A DNA stretch of 64,000 nucleotides from Patellaria atrata CBS 101060 (GCA_010093705.1 MU006089.1:2467561-2531560), one strand, 5' to 3'. Numbered from the stretch's first letter, positions 23,234 through 37,568 are shown. Notes: generated by a model from the letters alone, not told the origin. Numbers and translations are program-made.

Positions 23234-26091
23234 ATGGGAGAATCCTCTGACGACTCAAGTTTGATAGACCGTTTAAAGTCTTGGGCACGAGCGCATGCCT
23301 TTGATCAGAACGCTTCAAGAGTCGCTCAGCGATCTGTACTCCCCACGATAAATCCACAGCAGACCAATGTCCCTTGCGCCGTTACAACAAGTCCTCATGA
23401 CACAAAATTCAACAATCCAAGTGGTAGCGGCCCTAATAGAGATAATGCCATTGACAGTATCTCCTCAATTACCCCTCCCCCAGCACCTCCGGAGTCCCAA
23501 ATTGATGGAGCGTCGTCTCCCCCCGTAGAACACGAGAAACAGGAAGAGGCCCCAACTTATCGAACTCGACTTTCTGCCGGTTCTACACGCTTTTGGCGTC
23601 ACACAGTCAACGCATTATGCTACAGCTGGGTCAACGTGTTGTTGATATTCGTACCTATCGGTATAGCCGCTGAAGTTGCTCACTTAAATCCAACTATCAT
23701 CTTTGCTGTGAATGCTGTTGCTATCGTTCCCCTGGCTGGTCTCCTCAGTCATGCAACCGAAAATGTTGCAAGTCGGTTAGGCGATACCCTTGGTGCCTTG
23801 CTCAATGTTAGTTTTGGAAATGCTGTTGAGCTTATTATCTTGTACGTACTGTGTCCGAATCATCTCTCAGGGATCATCTAGCTAATCATCATTCAGTATG
23901 TACGTCTATCATGGGCTGCCTGCAGTCAAAGCTGTGCAGTTGGACGACTTGTTTTTCAGTTTGATCTGTGTCGACGTTATTTTTCCGAACAATTTTGACT
24001 AATTTGAAACAGTATTGCTCTCGTGAAGGATGAAATTCGTATAGTGCAAGCTTCACTTTTGGGCTCAATACTAGCAAATCTATTGTTGATCCTAGGTATG
24101 GCATTCTTACTTGGAGGCCTTCGCTATAGGGAACAGGTATGTGGTGATGAAGAATCAACTAAACTCAGCTAATTGAAATGAGCATTAGGTCTACAATAGC
24201 ACAGTCACTCAGATGAGTGCCTGTCTTCTCAGTCTTTCAGTGATGAGTCTTCTGCTTCCGGTGAGTGGTCGAGGATCCAGTTCTGTGCGTCTCTATTGTA
24301 GAGCAAATTTGAACTGACTCAAGTCGAATGCAGACAGCATTCCATGCGTCTTTCGCAGAGGAGGATGAAGCAAATCGAGATACCCTAAAAATAAGTCGTG
24401 GTACTAGTGTGGTATGCAGTCATGTGTCTTTCCTTTCAGATTCTTCCTCTAATTATGCCATAGGTGCTTCTCCTAATCTATGTTTTGTATCTTCTCTTCC
24501 AGTTGAAGTCTCATGCTTATATGTATGAGAGTACTCCTCAACAAATCATTGATGAGGAGTCTCACCCGGGTGTATTACATGACATGCCATGGAATTCTTC
24601 TAGTTCTTCAAGCTCGTCGAGCGATTCGAGTAGCAGTGATACCGATACTACTTCGGGCTCTCACACAACTGCAAAACGAATCAAGCAAGCTTTTAAGAAT
24701 CGTAAGAGGCGCAAATCCTCTATAAGTTCGAAGGACGCATCATCTCTCCCGTCAAAGGTTAGCTCGCCGTCAACAGATGTTCAGTCTGGCTTCATGGATA
24801 GCCAAGCCCTTCCCGGTCGATCCCGGCAAGGGTCCGTATCTTTCACTCATGCAATCCTAAGTGGTGACGAGGCGGATACAGATGGTGAGAGTGATCCTCA
24901 TACTTTCAGAACGCATGTCCAGGACTTTGAGAAAAAGACGGCAGAAGGTTCCCATTCCCCTAAACGCAAGCAGCGCAAGAAGAAGAAATCAAAGAGGAAG
25001 AGACATCATAAAGGAAGTGAATCGAATGGACTTCCAGACAGGGACCACCAGAATGTCTTAGTTGGTACTGAAAACCAAACTCCGGCAAACACTACTTCTG
25101 ATAGCACCGCTGAACCAAGGGTCGGGTTCGCGGAGGGAGTACTCATACAGGAATCTAATGGGACTTCCAACCCAAGGCGGCCTTTCAACTTACGTCAATT
25201 TTCTACTCGTCCCTCGACTTTCCGTCCTCCCATCCCCAAAATGCTGACGCAAACGGTCTTCTCAACACCTCCACCTCGCGCGGGAGACTCTCCAGCTCCT
25301 GGTCAGCCCATCACTCCTAGAATTGGACCGATGGGTCTTCGCCGCGCCAACTCTCTTCCTGATCGACTAAACCGGACAGGGAATCCGGCAACTTTACCTC
25401 CAGGGAACAATGGAATTTCTCAAACACAGCCGCTTCCACAGGGTGAACATGGCGCGGCTATCGAGGATGATGAGCATGCCTCTGTGATGTCCCGTACTGC
25501 TGCAGTTGTCCTATTGCTCGTCTCCACTGGGTTAGTCGCCGTTTGCGCTGAGTTTCTCGTTAGTGCCATTCCCGAGATGGTTGCCAACTCAAAGGTTAGC
25601 CAAGCTTTCATCGGTTTAATCATCCTACCTATTGTCGGGAACGCTGCGGAACACGTTACAGCGGTGACAGTTGCGGCTAAGAACAAAATGGACTTGGCTA
25701 TTGGTGTTGCGGTGGGCAGTAGTATCCAGATTGGTATGTGACCCTCAATATGTCCTCTTAATCCTTTGCTGATTTAAAACAGCGATATTTGTTACTCCCC
25801 TCGTCGTTGTATTAGGCTGGTGCATGGACAAACCGATGTCTCTCTACTTCAACCTCTTCGAGACGGTGTCCCTATTCGTAACTGCCTTCGTCGTCAACTT
25901 CCTAGTCTTGGATGGTAGAAGCAATTACCTAGAAGGGGCGCTGCTAATCGCTGCATATGTCATCATTGGGTAAGATCTCAGACAAAGTCATTCATACATA
26001 TTTCTGATAAAACCATAGCGTTGCAGCATTCTTCTATCCTGACAACAATGCGCAGAGTGACATTGGAGGCTCCAATCTGCCTGGGTCCTGA
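23234..26091 (+). CDS. Ca2+/H+ exchanger (CAX/Vcx1 family) with a long central loop
   Basis: Alpha-1 repeat LLNVSFGNAVEL..GSILANLLL and alpha-2 repeat LPIVGNAAEH..GSSIQI. Multi-intron, including a 3-nt exon. Confidence 0.92.
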
Positions 26092-26848
26092 TAAGGCATT
26101 TGATGTCTTCTAATTCTTTGGAATCGATACACGTTTACCTTTAATTTGGATCTGGATGTATCGGTATAATACTTGTATCAGTTTGAACTGTCTTTACCGT
26201 CAGCAATACAAACTAGTCGCTCTTTAGCACCATTAGAAGTCATGTACCACCATAAGTGGCTGGTTACTAATCATTATTTCCTATGGTACAAATATTAACA
26301 AACATTCAATTAGTTAAGAGAGATTACATGCCGTTTTGTCATCTTGTAAATGACTTTGGGATTTCTCATGCACTCTTATTACTAGACCCATTTTCGTACC
26401 GCATGACAATAAAGGAGGAAAAGGGGACGTCCAAACCTAACATGCGTTTAATGATTGACACAAGAGCATAATCAATCCCCATTACGATCGCTGATCTTAG
26501 AATTACTATCAGTTATCGCATCTAACTACTGAGATATGCTGCCGTTAACAAACAGGTCTTTGGCTCGGTTAGAACTTCCTCAAACTTCAAATGCGTACCT
26601 CTGCTCCCGAAATGTCGAAGCTACTGACGAACTGTTTGTTTTCAAGCTCAGGAGTTTCTCGTTCGTCACGGATGGAATCTCTGTATTGTCACAGTATACA
26701 CTTCCACATCTAAGCGTAGATAAGTCCATTGTACCAAAATTTTCACGTCCTGTGGGCCTTCCCAGTTGGCACAACTCAGTTATCCTGTACAGTGGATCGA
26801 AGATATTTGAAGTAACCTACAGGAACCTAGGTCAAGAAAATTAATCCC

Positions 26849-28302
26849 ATGGTATCACTCTCAGCCCTCCCAGTGAAACTTCTTATCCAGATATCTTTTA
26901 AAGTCAACATTAATGACATAGTTTCATTTTCGCTCGCAAACAAGAGAATATATGCTTGTTCGCATGAAGCTTTAACTTTTCACCAAGAGCGAGGGAGAAA
27001 GTTACACCTCATCCATGATCGGGAGCCTATGCAGCTATTGGAAACTCCAAGGAGTATCGTGCGTGAACCTGAGTTGGGAGAATATGTTCGCACCTTGGAG
27101 ATACGCGAGAATCGATTATCGTTTCAAGAGTGTGGAAATTCAACTCCTGAATATTCCTTATGCGACGCTGCGGAAATCAAGAGGCACAGGTCATTGAAGT
27201 TCCATCATATGATTACACTCATTACGACTGGTCACTTTACGCCGAAGAGGAACTTGAAGTATATCAGCTCATTGTTGTCGACCGATTCGGACCTGACCAG
27301 AATCAGCAGTAACACTTAATGAGTTGGATGCGAGCAGGAAATGATCGAACTATCAAGCTTCTGCTGATTTCACTCTGCCCTCGATTACGTGACCTAAAAA
27401 TAGTCGACAAACTCCCGAGTTATAGGTACACTTACTTCTTAGACTCTTTGATATGAATAATTAAAAGTCTCTACCTAAAGTATGGTCACAATCTCAAATG
27501 GCCATTCCTCGCGAATCTCCGCTCCGTTTCCATCACACACTCTCAAACACATGAACATCCCTTACTTGGATCAACCGGTGATCAATTGAATCTTTAACTT
27601 CTTTTTTCTTGCTTCCAAAGATCGAGACCTTGGGTTGGTCAGGGATAGCCTTCTCCAAACGTCACCCCCGACCCTCATTCTGTTACCAAACCTCTAACAT
27701 CAGGAATCTCGCATTTGACGGGAATCATTCGATTAACTTTTATACCCTTGAAGCTATCCTCAGTGGTATCAAATCACTCCGTTCCGTGTGTGGTTTGAGA
27801 ATTGCCGGACCGTGTACAAAACTTATCGACAGTCTCGTCCAGCATGTGGGCCATTCTCTCGAGGTGCTTGACTTGACACTAGTTTCCTGGAGTATCAACT
27901 TGAAATCTATTCCTGGACTATCTCGCCTCAAAACGCTCCATCTATGTTTTGGTCATATCTACACCCTAATCCGTTGCTCTACGGGCACAATCGCCGAATG
28001 CGACTGATCGGCATTTGGAAGATATTCTTCCCAAATTAATAGAGAATCTTAGTTTCTCCGATTATCCCCCAATAGTGACGAAACAGAGCGAGGAGCTTCT
28101 AGATTTGATTAACTCCTTCGTCAAGAACAGGGAAAAGCGAGCGTTTCACGCATCCAAGAGGCTTCGCTTCCCAAGGATCATGGAAGAAGATATGGCTTTT
28201 AAAAGGCCTGATTTTCGGCTTGGCCAGATCTATGAATATAAGCAGCGGAGTAGATTTTTTCGACAGATAAGGAAATACGTTCGCACGTGGATAAGACGTT
28301 AG
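26849..28302 (+). pseudogene. Degenerate F-box/LRR-like gene
   Basis: N-terminal LSALPVKLLIQI..DIVSFSLANKR resembles an F-box. LRR-like pieces (LRSV, HSLEVLDL, LKTLHL) occur in three frames separated by stops. Confidence 0.6.
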
Positions 28303-28559
28303 AAAACAATCTGCAAAGCAGGCAGGAAGTCTGGGCTACTGGTACACCTCAAACCTACCAAGCACGAACACCTCGGGGATTATTGTGTTGTCTGCAAAGT
28401 TCTGCAGAAGATTCCCCCAAGTAGGCTACTTGGATGGACAGTTCCATGGCCTAAAATCCCAATCGAGCAGCAGGATAGCAAAGATAGGCCATTTCAATCC
28501 ACCGCAACCGAAAACATAATCGGCAGGTTTGGCGTAGCTTTCCCCGTATCATGGGTTTT

Positions 28560-28940
28560 TTCGTATCTCAAAACTAGAAGATAGATAGGGTGGCAATGAC
28601 GACGGTAGGGCGAGTGGCTAAGGATAGATGCTGAATACCTTCCCTTGGCCAAGAATGGTATTTTTGGAGAGTCCTTATTTGCTCTAGGTTCGCACCGGTT
28701 TAACTTTATCCTTTTCTCCTCTAAGGAAGCTATTGAGGTAATAAATAGTGTTTTCGTTGAGCTTTTCGCTATTTCTACGCTTTTGCTCAGACAATTTACG
28801 GTCACACCACTCTAGAGGTGAGTAGGGGAATAAGGCAAATTTCTACGAGAGATTGAGTTAGAACTATATATTCAGCTAATATTAGAGAATTACTATTAAG
28901 CTAGAGGATACCTTGCAGTACCTTACTTTACTATGTACTG
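28560..28940. mobile_element. Possible RIP-mutated repeat relic
   Basis: Local TpA enrichment (e.g. CTATATATTCAGCTAATATTAGAGAATTACTATTAAGCTAG). No termini identified. Confidence 0.25.
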
Positions 28941-29379
28941 AAAGCAAGATGGACGTACGGTAGCTGGGGAGCTTACCTACGCCAGATGTTGGCATCGCCC
29001 ATCATTCCTGTCATGGGTTGTCATAATCATGCAAATAAAAGCTCTGGAGCTGTCATGACCACGACAAGAAGAGCTCTCATCCGACATGTGACGGGAGGCA
29101 CCGCGTTTGGTCTGTGCGCAGAATGTTTTTCCCCAAGGATCCCAACTTCTGGAGGAGCTGCCTGCTTCGGCGTAGGGTGCTCAAGATTTCTCACTTTCCC
29201 TCGTCGCCTCTCCGCCTTAGGTCGAGTGAGAGAGACGGTGTCGAGTGACTCGAGTCAAGTATAACCAAATTTATAGTTCCCTCTCGATTTTTCCACGCTT
29301 CTTTCGCGGGAAAGAAAGTTTTCTGAAGCGTCATGATTCGACCGACATCTTTCGCGCACCTTGGCAGGTTCAACGTTCT

Positions 29380-29415
29380 GTGGGGTAGAAAGCGGAGTGT
29401 GCGGAGTAAAGGAGG
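29380..29415 (+). promoter_or_regulatory. Candidate AmyR site (CGG-N8-AGG, 29402-29415) with overlapping and adjacent CreA SYGGRG sites
   Basis: GTGGGG 29380, GCGGAG 29392 and 29401, CGGAGTAAAGGAGG, all about 330 nt upstream of a GH31 gene. Confidence 0.4.
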
Positions 29416-29738
29416 CGTGGAAGGCGATCTTTTCAAAGACTTGGTGCCCGGAACCATCTCATATCGAGCATTTGACCGATCGCCGTTCGTTAGGATTGGC
29501 TAATTCCTCTTCATATGGCGTCGAAAACCCCGGCCTCAGGAACAGTCCGTCAGCGTGCGTCTGTTCACTTTGGCGATGGAAAAGCTCGTAAAGCTATGAT
29601 GCTCTGCAAAGATCCCCGGGATCCTCATCTGTTGAGTCTGTGTACTACGATGGCGCAAAAGCAGGATTACAAAGGACTATATAAGAGCTTGGAGATGGAT
29701 CAACAAGGCTCCAACTTGCTGCTCGTTGCACAAGAAGA

Positions 29739-32684
29739 ATGGTTTTCTACGCATTCGCTGGCCTACTTTGGGCCACTACAGCTTCCGGAGCTGCTATATC
29801 CCTAAGGCAAGCTTCGAGCTCTGTCGACTCTTGTCCAGGGTACTCTGCATCTAATGTCCAGACATCAGCTATTGGGTTGACAGCCGATTTATCCCTTGCT
29901 GGATCTCCATGCAATGCTTACGGGAATGATATTGCAGATCTGAAACTTACCGTCAATTATGAGACCGGTATGTTCACTGTTATGACTAGATCTGTTTCTA
30001 GACGTACTAATAACCTATAGGATATCGCATACACGTAAAGATTGAAGATGCGGAGCACATTGCCTACCAAGTACCTGAGAGTGTGTTCGCAAGGCCTGAT
30101 AGCTCAAATTGTGTCTCCATGGATGAATCCTCCCTTGAATTCGCATACAAGGAGTCGCCATTTAGTTTCACGGTAACTCGCAAGTCCAACGGCGAAGTCT
30201 TGTTCGATTCCTCAGTCGCACCAATAGTATTTGAGGATCAGTATCTCCGTCTACGTACCGCACTCCCGGAAGATCCCAACCTGTATGGATTGGGTGAGCA
30301 CACAGATGGCCTACGCCTGAATACGACCGACTATACAAGGACTTTGTGGTCCAGAGATTCTTACGGTATTCCATCTGGTAGTAATCTTTATGGAAATCAT
30401 CCAATATATTTCGATCATCGTGGGGATAAAGGGACACATGGAGTGTTCCTCCTATCGAGCGCTGGTATGGATGTAAAGATCAACCGTACCGAGGCAGATG
30501 GACAATATCTGGAATATAATCTATTAAGTGGAGTTTTGGATCTCTACGTTCTGGACGGACCCTCTCCCGTTGAGGTTGCGGAACACTACAGTGAAGTTGC
30601 AGGGAAACCTGTCATGATGCCTTACTGGGGTTTTGGCCTGCACCAGTGTCGATATGGATATAGAGACTTCTACAGTATTGCTGAGGTAGTGTACAATTAC
30701 AGTCAGGCTGGCATCCCGCTTGAGACAATGTGGACAGATATTGACTATATGTATGCGGTACGTACTAGTATAATAAAGAGATTATGTTCTGCTTATATGC
30801 TAACATTCGTAGCGGTATATCATGACCACAGATCCAGATCGCTTCCCACTTGCACGTGTGCGGGAGTATGTCTATTATCTGCATGAACACAACCAACATT
30901 ACATTGTCATGGTTGATCCAGCCATAGCATATCAGGAGGAAAAATATGATGATCTTCCCTATGACACTTTCCTACGCTTCCGCGACAATGGAACATTTCT
31001 ATACAAGAACGGTAGTATTTACAGAGGAGTGGTCTGGCCTGGTGTGACCGCGTTTCCAGATTGGTTCCATCCAGACACTCAAGAATTGTGGAATGAAGAG
31101 TTTCTGGAATTCTTTGATCCCGAGACTGGTGTCGATATAGATGCGCTCTGGATTGATATGAACGAAGCTGCCAACTTCAATCTCTTCGGAGACGATCCCG
31201 ATGAGACCACTGAAGATAGAGGCTTCCCTCCACCAAGACTACCTCTTCGCTCTGCTCCACGACCTATTCCAGGATTTCCCCAGGCATTCCAGCCAGACCC
31301 TAACTCACCGTATCCGCCCGATAGTATAGGATATGCCCCACCTTGGTTAGCTCCCGATGCCAGTCCTAACGACAAGAGGTCAGTTTCTGAGGTTGAGAAT
31401 CATCTAGTGAAGAGGCAAAGTGAGGATATCATTGGTTACCATAACCGTAATTTGTTGGCACCTCTATATCAAATTGATAACGAGAATACGTATCAGCCAT
31501 ACGGTGGTCTGTCTAATTTCACATTGGATACTGATATTGTCCACTACGACGGCCATGTTGAGCTCGACGTCCATAACCTATACGGCACAATGATGAGTGA
31601 AGCTTCAAGAAACGCAATGCTCGCTCGTCGTCCTACCAGGAGGCCTTTGGTGATCACACGTTCTACGTTTGCTGGTGCGGGTCGCTATGTTGGCAAATGG
31701 CTAGGTGACAATCTTTCCGAATGGGGTCAATACCGTCAGTCTATTCAGGGAATGCTCGATTTTGCGGCCCTCTATCAAGTACCGATGGTCGGATCAGATG
31801 TATGCGGCTTCGGTGGTAATGCTACTGAAACTTTATGTGCTCGATGGGCTACGCTTGGAGCTTTTTATCCTTTCTATCGCAACCATAACGGCGACAGCTC
31901 CATCCCTCAAGAGTTTTTCCAGTGGAAGACCGTAACTGAAGCAGCAAAAAATGCTATTGACATACGGTACAGGCTTCTCGATTACATTTATACCGCGCTG
32001 CACAAGCAATCCATGCACGGATCGCCTATTTTGAGTCCTCTGTACTTCAAGTATCCCCATGATTCCAACACGTTTAGCTTAGGGTTGCAGTTCTTCTATG
32101 GAGACTCAATTCTCGTGTCACCTGTAACGGAGGAAAACTCCACTAGCGTGGAAATCTATCTACCGAATGACCTCTTCTACGACTTCAAGACCTACTCATC
32201 CATTCAAGGAGACGGTGCAAACATTACTTTGAATGATATCTCGTTCACTGAAATCCCTCTGCATATCAAGGCTGGATCTATTCTACCTTTGAGGAAAGAA
32301 TCAGGTTACACCACTACGGACGTGAGGAAACAACCTTTCGGCATTCTTGTTGCACCAACTACGAATGGAGAAGCCGTTGGGTCTTTGTACCTCGATGACG
32401 GTGATAGCATCGAGCAACCGGTGACATCTGAGATTGAATTTAACTTCTCCAAGCGAGTCCTGACCGTTTCCGGGTCGTTTGAATATACCGCCGAAGATGC
32501 TGCTGTATCTACTGTTACTATCCTAGGTGTTGAGGAGGCTCCCTCCGGTGCTTCTTATCGTCAAGGTGAGAACGGGAACTGGCAGAACTGTGGAGATGAC
32601 GACTGGGAATACGACGAGGACAAAAAGGCCTTAACAATCACGGTGAATGTTAAACTGGAGGGTCCGTTCGAGGTTCGACTTTGA
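29739..32684 (+). CDS. Secreted GH31 alpha-glucosidase
   Basis: Signal peptide, [27 protein letters not shown] nucleophile, KWLGDN acid/base, FYPFYRNHN. Two introns. Confidence 0.96.
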
Positions 32685-33125
32685 AAGCAGCAAATGCTCT
32701 GAGGATACTGTACTGTATGATGACAGGACTGATTACCAATGATCAAGTGTAGATAATTATATATAGAGAAGCTAATCACTTCATCTTAACATAAACTTCA
32801 AAGAGTAAACGCTTAACAACTATACGGACATTATCCGCAAAGAGGAAGGCTTGGTTCTGCTGATCTGAGGGGCCCTGGGGGTTGAAGGCACGCCTTTCCT
32901 ATTTCTCTTTTGTTCAGCCGTTGCGAGCCGAACTCTCACAACGGCGAGACGAGGAAACTCAAGAGCTGCCGCGGCGGTTTGGCACGAGTGACCATCTCAA
33001 CGCTATGGTCGCTATGCTGACGATCCAGTGGAGTAATTGCTCCACCGATCTTAAGAAGCAATGGTTCCGCCCTCGAAATCCGCTTCGGATCCCCTCTTTA
33101 CCTACCTCTCCATAGTAGAGCAATA

Positions 33126-34972
33126 ATGTTAGAGTTACACTCCTTCGAGGAATTGAAGTCTTTACTCTCCTTGATTCTAGCGTCGGTCATTGGAACTGGG
33201 CTCATTTATGTACGGACTCCCTCCAAATTCAATTGGTATATGCTAACAGCGAGCTTAGGTACTAGCTGTTGTCTTATACCGATTGACCTTCCACCCACTT
33301 GCAAAGTATCCGGGACCATTCCTGGCGAAGATAACAGCATGGTATGATGTCTATCATGCATACAAGGGAGATAAGCATATTCACTTTGTCTACCTGCATG
33401 AGAAATATGGTGAGAAATTCCAATTGATCCTAAAAAGTTCAGGGCATGAATCATCTGGCAGGAAGAGTGGCTGCTACACGGATTCCTCAGGATGATGGAT
33501 ACATATAGAACCAGAGCTAATCCAGAATCCAGGCACGTTCGTGCGTTTTGGGCCTAATAAGCTTTCCATCAACCATCCCGAGGCATTAAAGGCCATATAC
33601 GGCCATCGGGCGAACACTAGGAAATCCGATTTTTATCTTGCCTTCCCAGCTGCTAAAGGAGTCGTTAGCACACATACTGCGATTGATCGGCAAACTCATT
33701 CTCGCAAACGGCGGGTACTAAGTTATGCGTTTTCGGATTCTGCTCTGAAGGGGATGGAGGAATATGTGCTTGTCCATATTCGAGATTATCTGAATAAGCT
33801 AGTATCAGCGAGCTCAGAACCGAACGGAAGTGCCAACGGGCATGTTAAGAGCGAGAAATCGGGATGGAGCGAAGCTAAAGACGTTGCTACATGGACAAAC
33901 TATATGAGCTTCGATATTCTTGGGGACTTGTGCTTTGGTAAACCATTCGGGATGCTCGCGGGAAATGTTGAGAATCGGCATATGATTTACTTATTAACTC
34001 AGGCTGTGCGACGCCACAACATCGTAAGCAAACCATAGTTATGTTATGCCCTCCGCATCATTACTGATCTTTTAGACTGGACCAATGCCAGCCCTTCACC
34101 AAACCGGTTTTGACAAAATCCTACTCCGAAAGATCTACAACGACCGACAACAATATCTTGCATTCAGCCGAGCCATGGTAGGCGCCAGGTCCAAGGCCGG
34201 CATCATGGAATCTGAGCGAAAAGACTTCTTCTGGTACATTCTCCGCTCCAAGGACCCAGAAACCGGTCAAGGCTTCAGCAGCGGAGAACTCTGGGGTGAA
34301 TCTAATACTCTAATCGTTGCCGGCTCAGATACCAGTTCTATCACCATCAGCTCGACAATCTTCTATCTACTTCACAACCCGGACTGTTTGACTCGCCTAA
34401 CAACCGAAATCGACTCCAAATTCGCCTCAGCCGAAGACATCCGATCGGGACCTGTACTGAACAGTTGCACGTACCTCCGTGCCTGTGTTGACGAGGCACT
34501 CCGTATGTCTCCTCCCGTCGGCGGGTTACTCGAACGCTACGTGCTCCCCGGCGGTCTTACAGTCCTCGGTCATCAGATCCCAGCCGGCACGGATCTGGGT
34601 ACCCCTATCTACGCCATCCACCATCACCCAGACTATGTCCCGAACGCATATACTTATGACCCCTCGCGTTGGTCATCAGAAACGGGGAGTCCTGTCGATC
34701 TAGAAAAGTTGCATAGCGTGTTTAATCCGTTTAGTATTGGACCGCGCGGCTGTATCGGCAAGCCGATGGGGTATTTGGAAGTTACTCTTACGCTGGCGAG
34801 ATTGGTGTGGGGATATGAGATGAGGTTGGCTCCCGGTGAAGCTGGCATGATGGGAGAAGGACGAAAGGGGTTGGGCTGGGGGAGGGAGAGGGAGGGAGAG
34901 TTCCAGACGGAAGAGATGTTTGTGAGTAAGGTTAGGGGACCGGTTGTGCAGTTTAGGGAAAGGATGAGATAA
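33126..34972 (+). CDS. Cytochrome P450 monooxygenase
   Basis: N-terminal TM + [15 protein letters not shown]-helix, EALR (ExxR), [10 protein letters not shown] heme motif. Three introns. Confidence 0.96.
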
Positions 34973-35286
34973 AGCGAGGATCTTGGAATATGAGGTGGAT
35001 GATATAACGAGATAGATGTAACCGTATCACAAAGTACAACATTAACAGAGTTATGGTAATGGATATATATTTTCATATTCTAGTATATACAAGAATGTCA
35101 TCATTAGCAAGAGTTGGATATAGCGAGTCCTTCGTAATCTTAAGTCTCATACTAAAAGTCTTTCCAGATACCAGAACTCCTCTTTGAAGGCCCGTAAACT
35201 ATCAAATCATATCAACATTCAATTTATACCCACCACTTCACACCTCGGAATCACAACCTAGCAACCCCAACCTTCCCGCTTCCCAT

Positions 35287-36704
35287 TCATTCAGTCTCTC
35301 CGTGAACACACTCCCCAAACTTCCACACCTGCTCCACCCTCAACTCCTTCCACCCGTCCTCCGAAACCGCCTCCCCCAAAACCACCAAATCGGCATCACA
35401 CCCGGGCTCCAAGCCGCCCTTGGTGCCCCTCAACCCCAGCATCTTCGCCGGCGTCTCCGTCACGGCCCTCACGCCCTCGGCAACCCCGATACCGCACCAG
35501 TTGACAAAGTTCTCCACGCACTGGATCAGGGTGATGGACGTACCGGCGATGGTCTCGGAGTCGTTAAGCGTGAGCTGAGCGCCGCGTTTCGTGATCAGCT
35601 CGCCGTTCGTCCAAGGGTACGTGCCATCCGGCAGGCCGGCGAGGGCCATAGCGTCGGTGACGAGGATGAAGCCGGTTGGGTGGGAGGCATAGGCGATGGT
35701 TATGGAGGTTGGGTGCAGGTGTATGCCGTCTGCTATGATGCCGAAGAAGGGTTTCGGGTGCGGGGAGAGGGATGTACTGAGGAAGGTTGGGGTGGATGGG
35801 GAGGTGCTGGTTGGAGAGGTGGAGCGAGAGCTTCGGGGTGAGGCGCTCGTGCCGAGGATGCCGAAGATGCCCGGGTTGCGGTGGTGCAGGGGGCGCATCG
35901 CGTTGAAGAGGTGCGTTATCATTGTTGCCCCGGCGGAGATGGCGGAGGTCGCGGTTTCGAAGGTCGCTTCGGAGTGTCCGATTGAGACGATTATGTTGCG
36001 GGCTGTCAGTTGGGGGATGCAGGATAGAGCACCGGGAAGCTCGGGGGCGATGGTTATCTTTTTGATCTGGGTGGCAGAGTCCGGGGATAGGTGGGCTGAG
36101 CCGTAACAGTCTTCCAAAGAAGAGAAACCGGAAGTCGGCGTCTGGAGCACGCCCAAGGTGTGAATACCGTTCTTGGTGGGACTGATGAAGGGTCCTTCAA
36201 CATGAGCTCCTAGAGATTCGGCGCCGTCGGCAGGGTCCCGATTCTTGCCGGATGGGCCGAGATGTGGGAGAGCCTGGGATTATTAGCAACAGGAGTGGTT
36301 TTGGTGAAATAAACAACGCGAACCTTGGTATATAATTCCTTCTTCTGACTCGGAATAGTAGGAAGATAGGAGGTGACCCCCGTCTCTATGAGCTTTTTGT
36401 TCACCTGCCTGATGCCTTTTGGGTACGCTGACGGTTCATTTGGTACCACAGAGAAATCGAAGCCGCACCAGCCATTGAGTTGGACATCAATGAATCCCGG
36501 TGCAAGTATACGGCCACCAAGGTCCAGTATTCGGTCAGCGGTCGCTTGATGCTCATAGAACACTTCTTGGCTTTGAAGAATCTTCCCAGTCACGGAGCTG
36601 ATCCATAGATCGTCTTTCACGAGCCGGTCGCCTTTGACGAGTAAGCAGTTCGTAAACTTGGTAATCCCGGTCTGGGGAGATGATTTTGGAATTGCGGAAG
36701 GCAT
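35287..36704 (-). CDS. DAC1: N-acetylglucosamine-6-phosphate deacetylase
   Basis: PGFIDVQLNG, GAHVEGPF, TIAPE, SIGHS, THLFNAM, IADGIH, LVTDA. One intron at about 36275-36324. Confidence 0.96.
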
Positions 36705-37568
36705 AGTAAGGATTGACTTTTATGTATATAGTGAAGTATAGACGGGCAAAAGAATTAGAGTCTATATTACTATGAAAGGTCTAGGGAGAGAAAAAGTCTA
36801 TGTTCTAATTCTATACAACGAAATGAATGACAACCAGAAAATCGTGGACTTCACGATGCCTATATGGAAAACGCTGTTCACCGCTTGCCAACGCTTTGCG
36901 TAACCAGAGGTCCAGTCGTCGGTTGTCATCACCACGTCAGGTTAGTTGGTACATTATGTTTGGAGAACTACGCAGTGGGTATACATGTCTCCGGTAGAAA
37001 GCATCGCATAGTCAAATAGTAGATCTGATATCGTTCACATGGTGAAATTAGTGTAGAGGAAAGTACAACAGAGAGAGTCGAGAGGAGTGTAACGTTAAGG
37101 TTGAGCCGGGAATAAACCGAGCTATCTTGTACTTTACCCTTTTTCTCGTTGCCTTCCATCTGACATGTCGGTTCCCCTCGGCGTTTTCCCCGTAGAGAAT
37201 TGTAGACAGCCATCTGAAACGTTCTCCCTTGGCTGCAACCTTCATATGTCTCCATACCCTTCATGTTGGACATCCATCCATGCCACTAGCAAGGGATGAG
37301 CTACCGTAGCAGTGTAACTCTTACCAACGCTCTCTTACCCCCGCGACGTGGGGAAGTTGGCCACCAAGGCACTATCGATCCTGAGAGGACTCGCCTGCGC
37401 GTTGCAACCTAATATGTCCGTTGATAGCACTCTTTGCGCATCCAGCAATCAGAGTCTCGTATTGTTTCCGCTTGAGCAGTGAAGGAACCGTACCGACTGC
37501 TCGACTTACGATAGCTTGACCCGACCCGTAACCGTTGCGCTCTAGGCATCACCTGCCCGTTATTCAGT

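Noticed and set aside
23842..23905. Stwintron (nested intron) in the CAX gene
   Set aside because: Removing the first intron does not create a new GT donor because the preceding base is T; a 3-nt exon fits better
29739..34972. GH31 and P450 as members of the GlcNAc cluster or a secondary-metabolite cluster
   Set aside because: No pathway link and no PKS, NRPS or terpene synthase in the window; adjacency only
35302..36106. 179-aa and 136-aa plus-strand ORFs
   Set aside because: Antisense shadows of GC-rich DAC1
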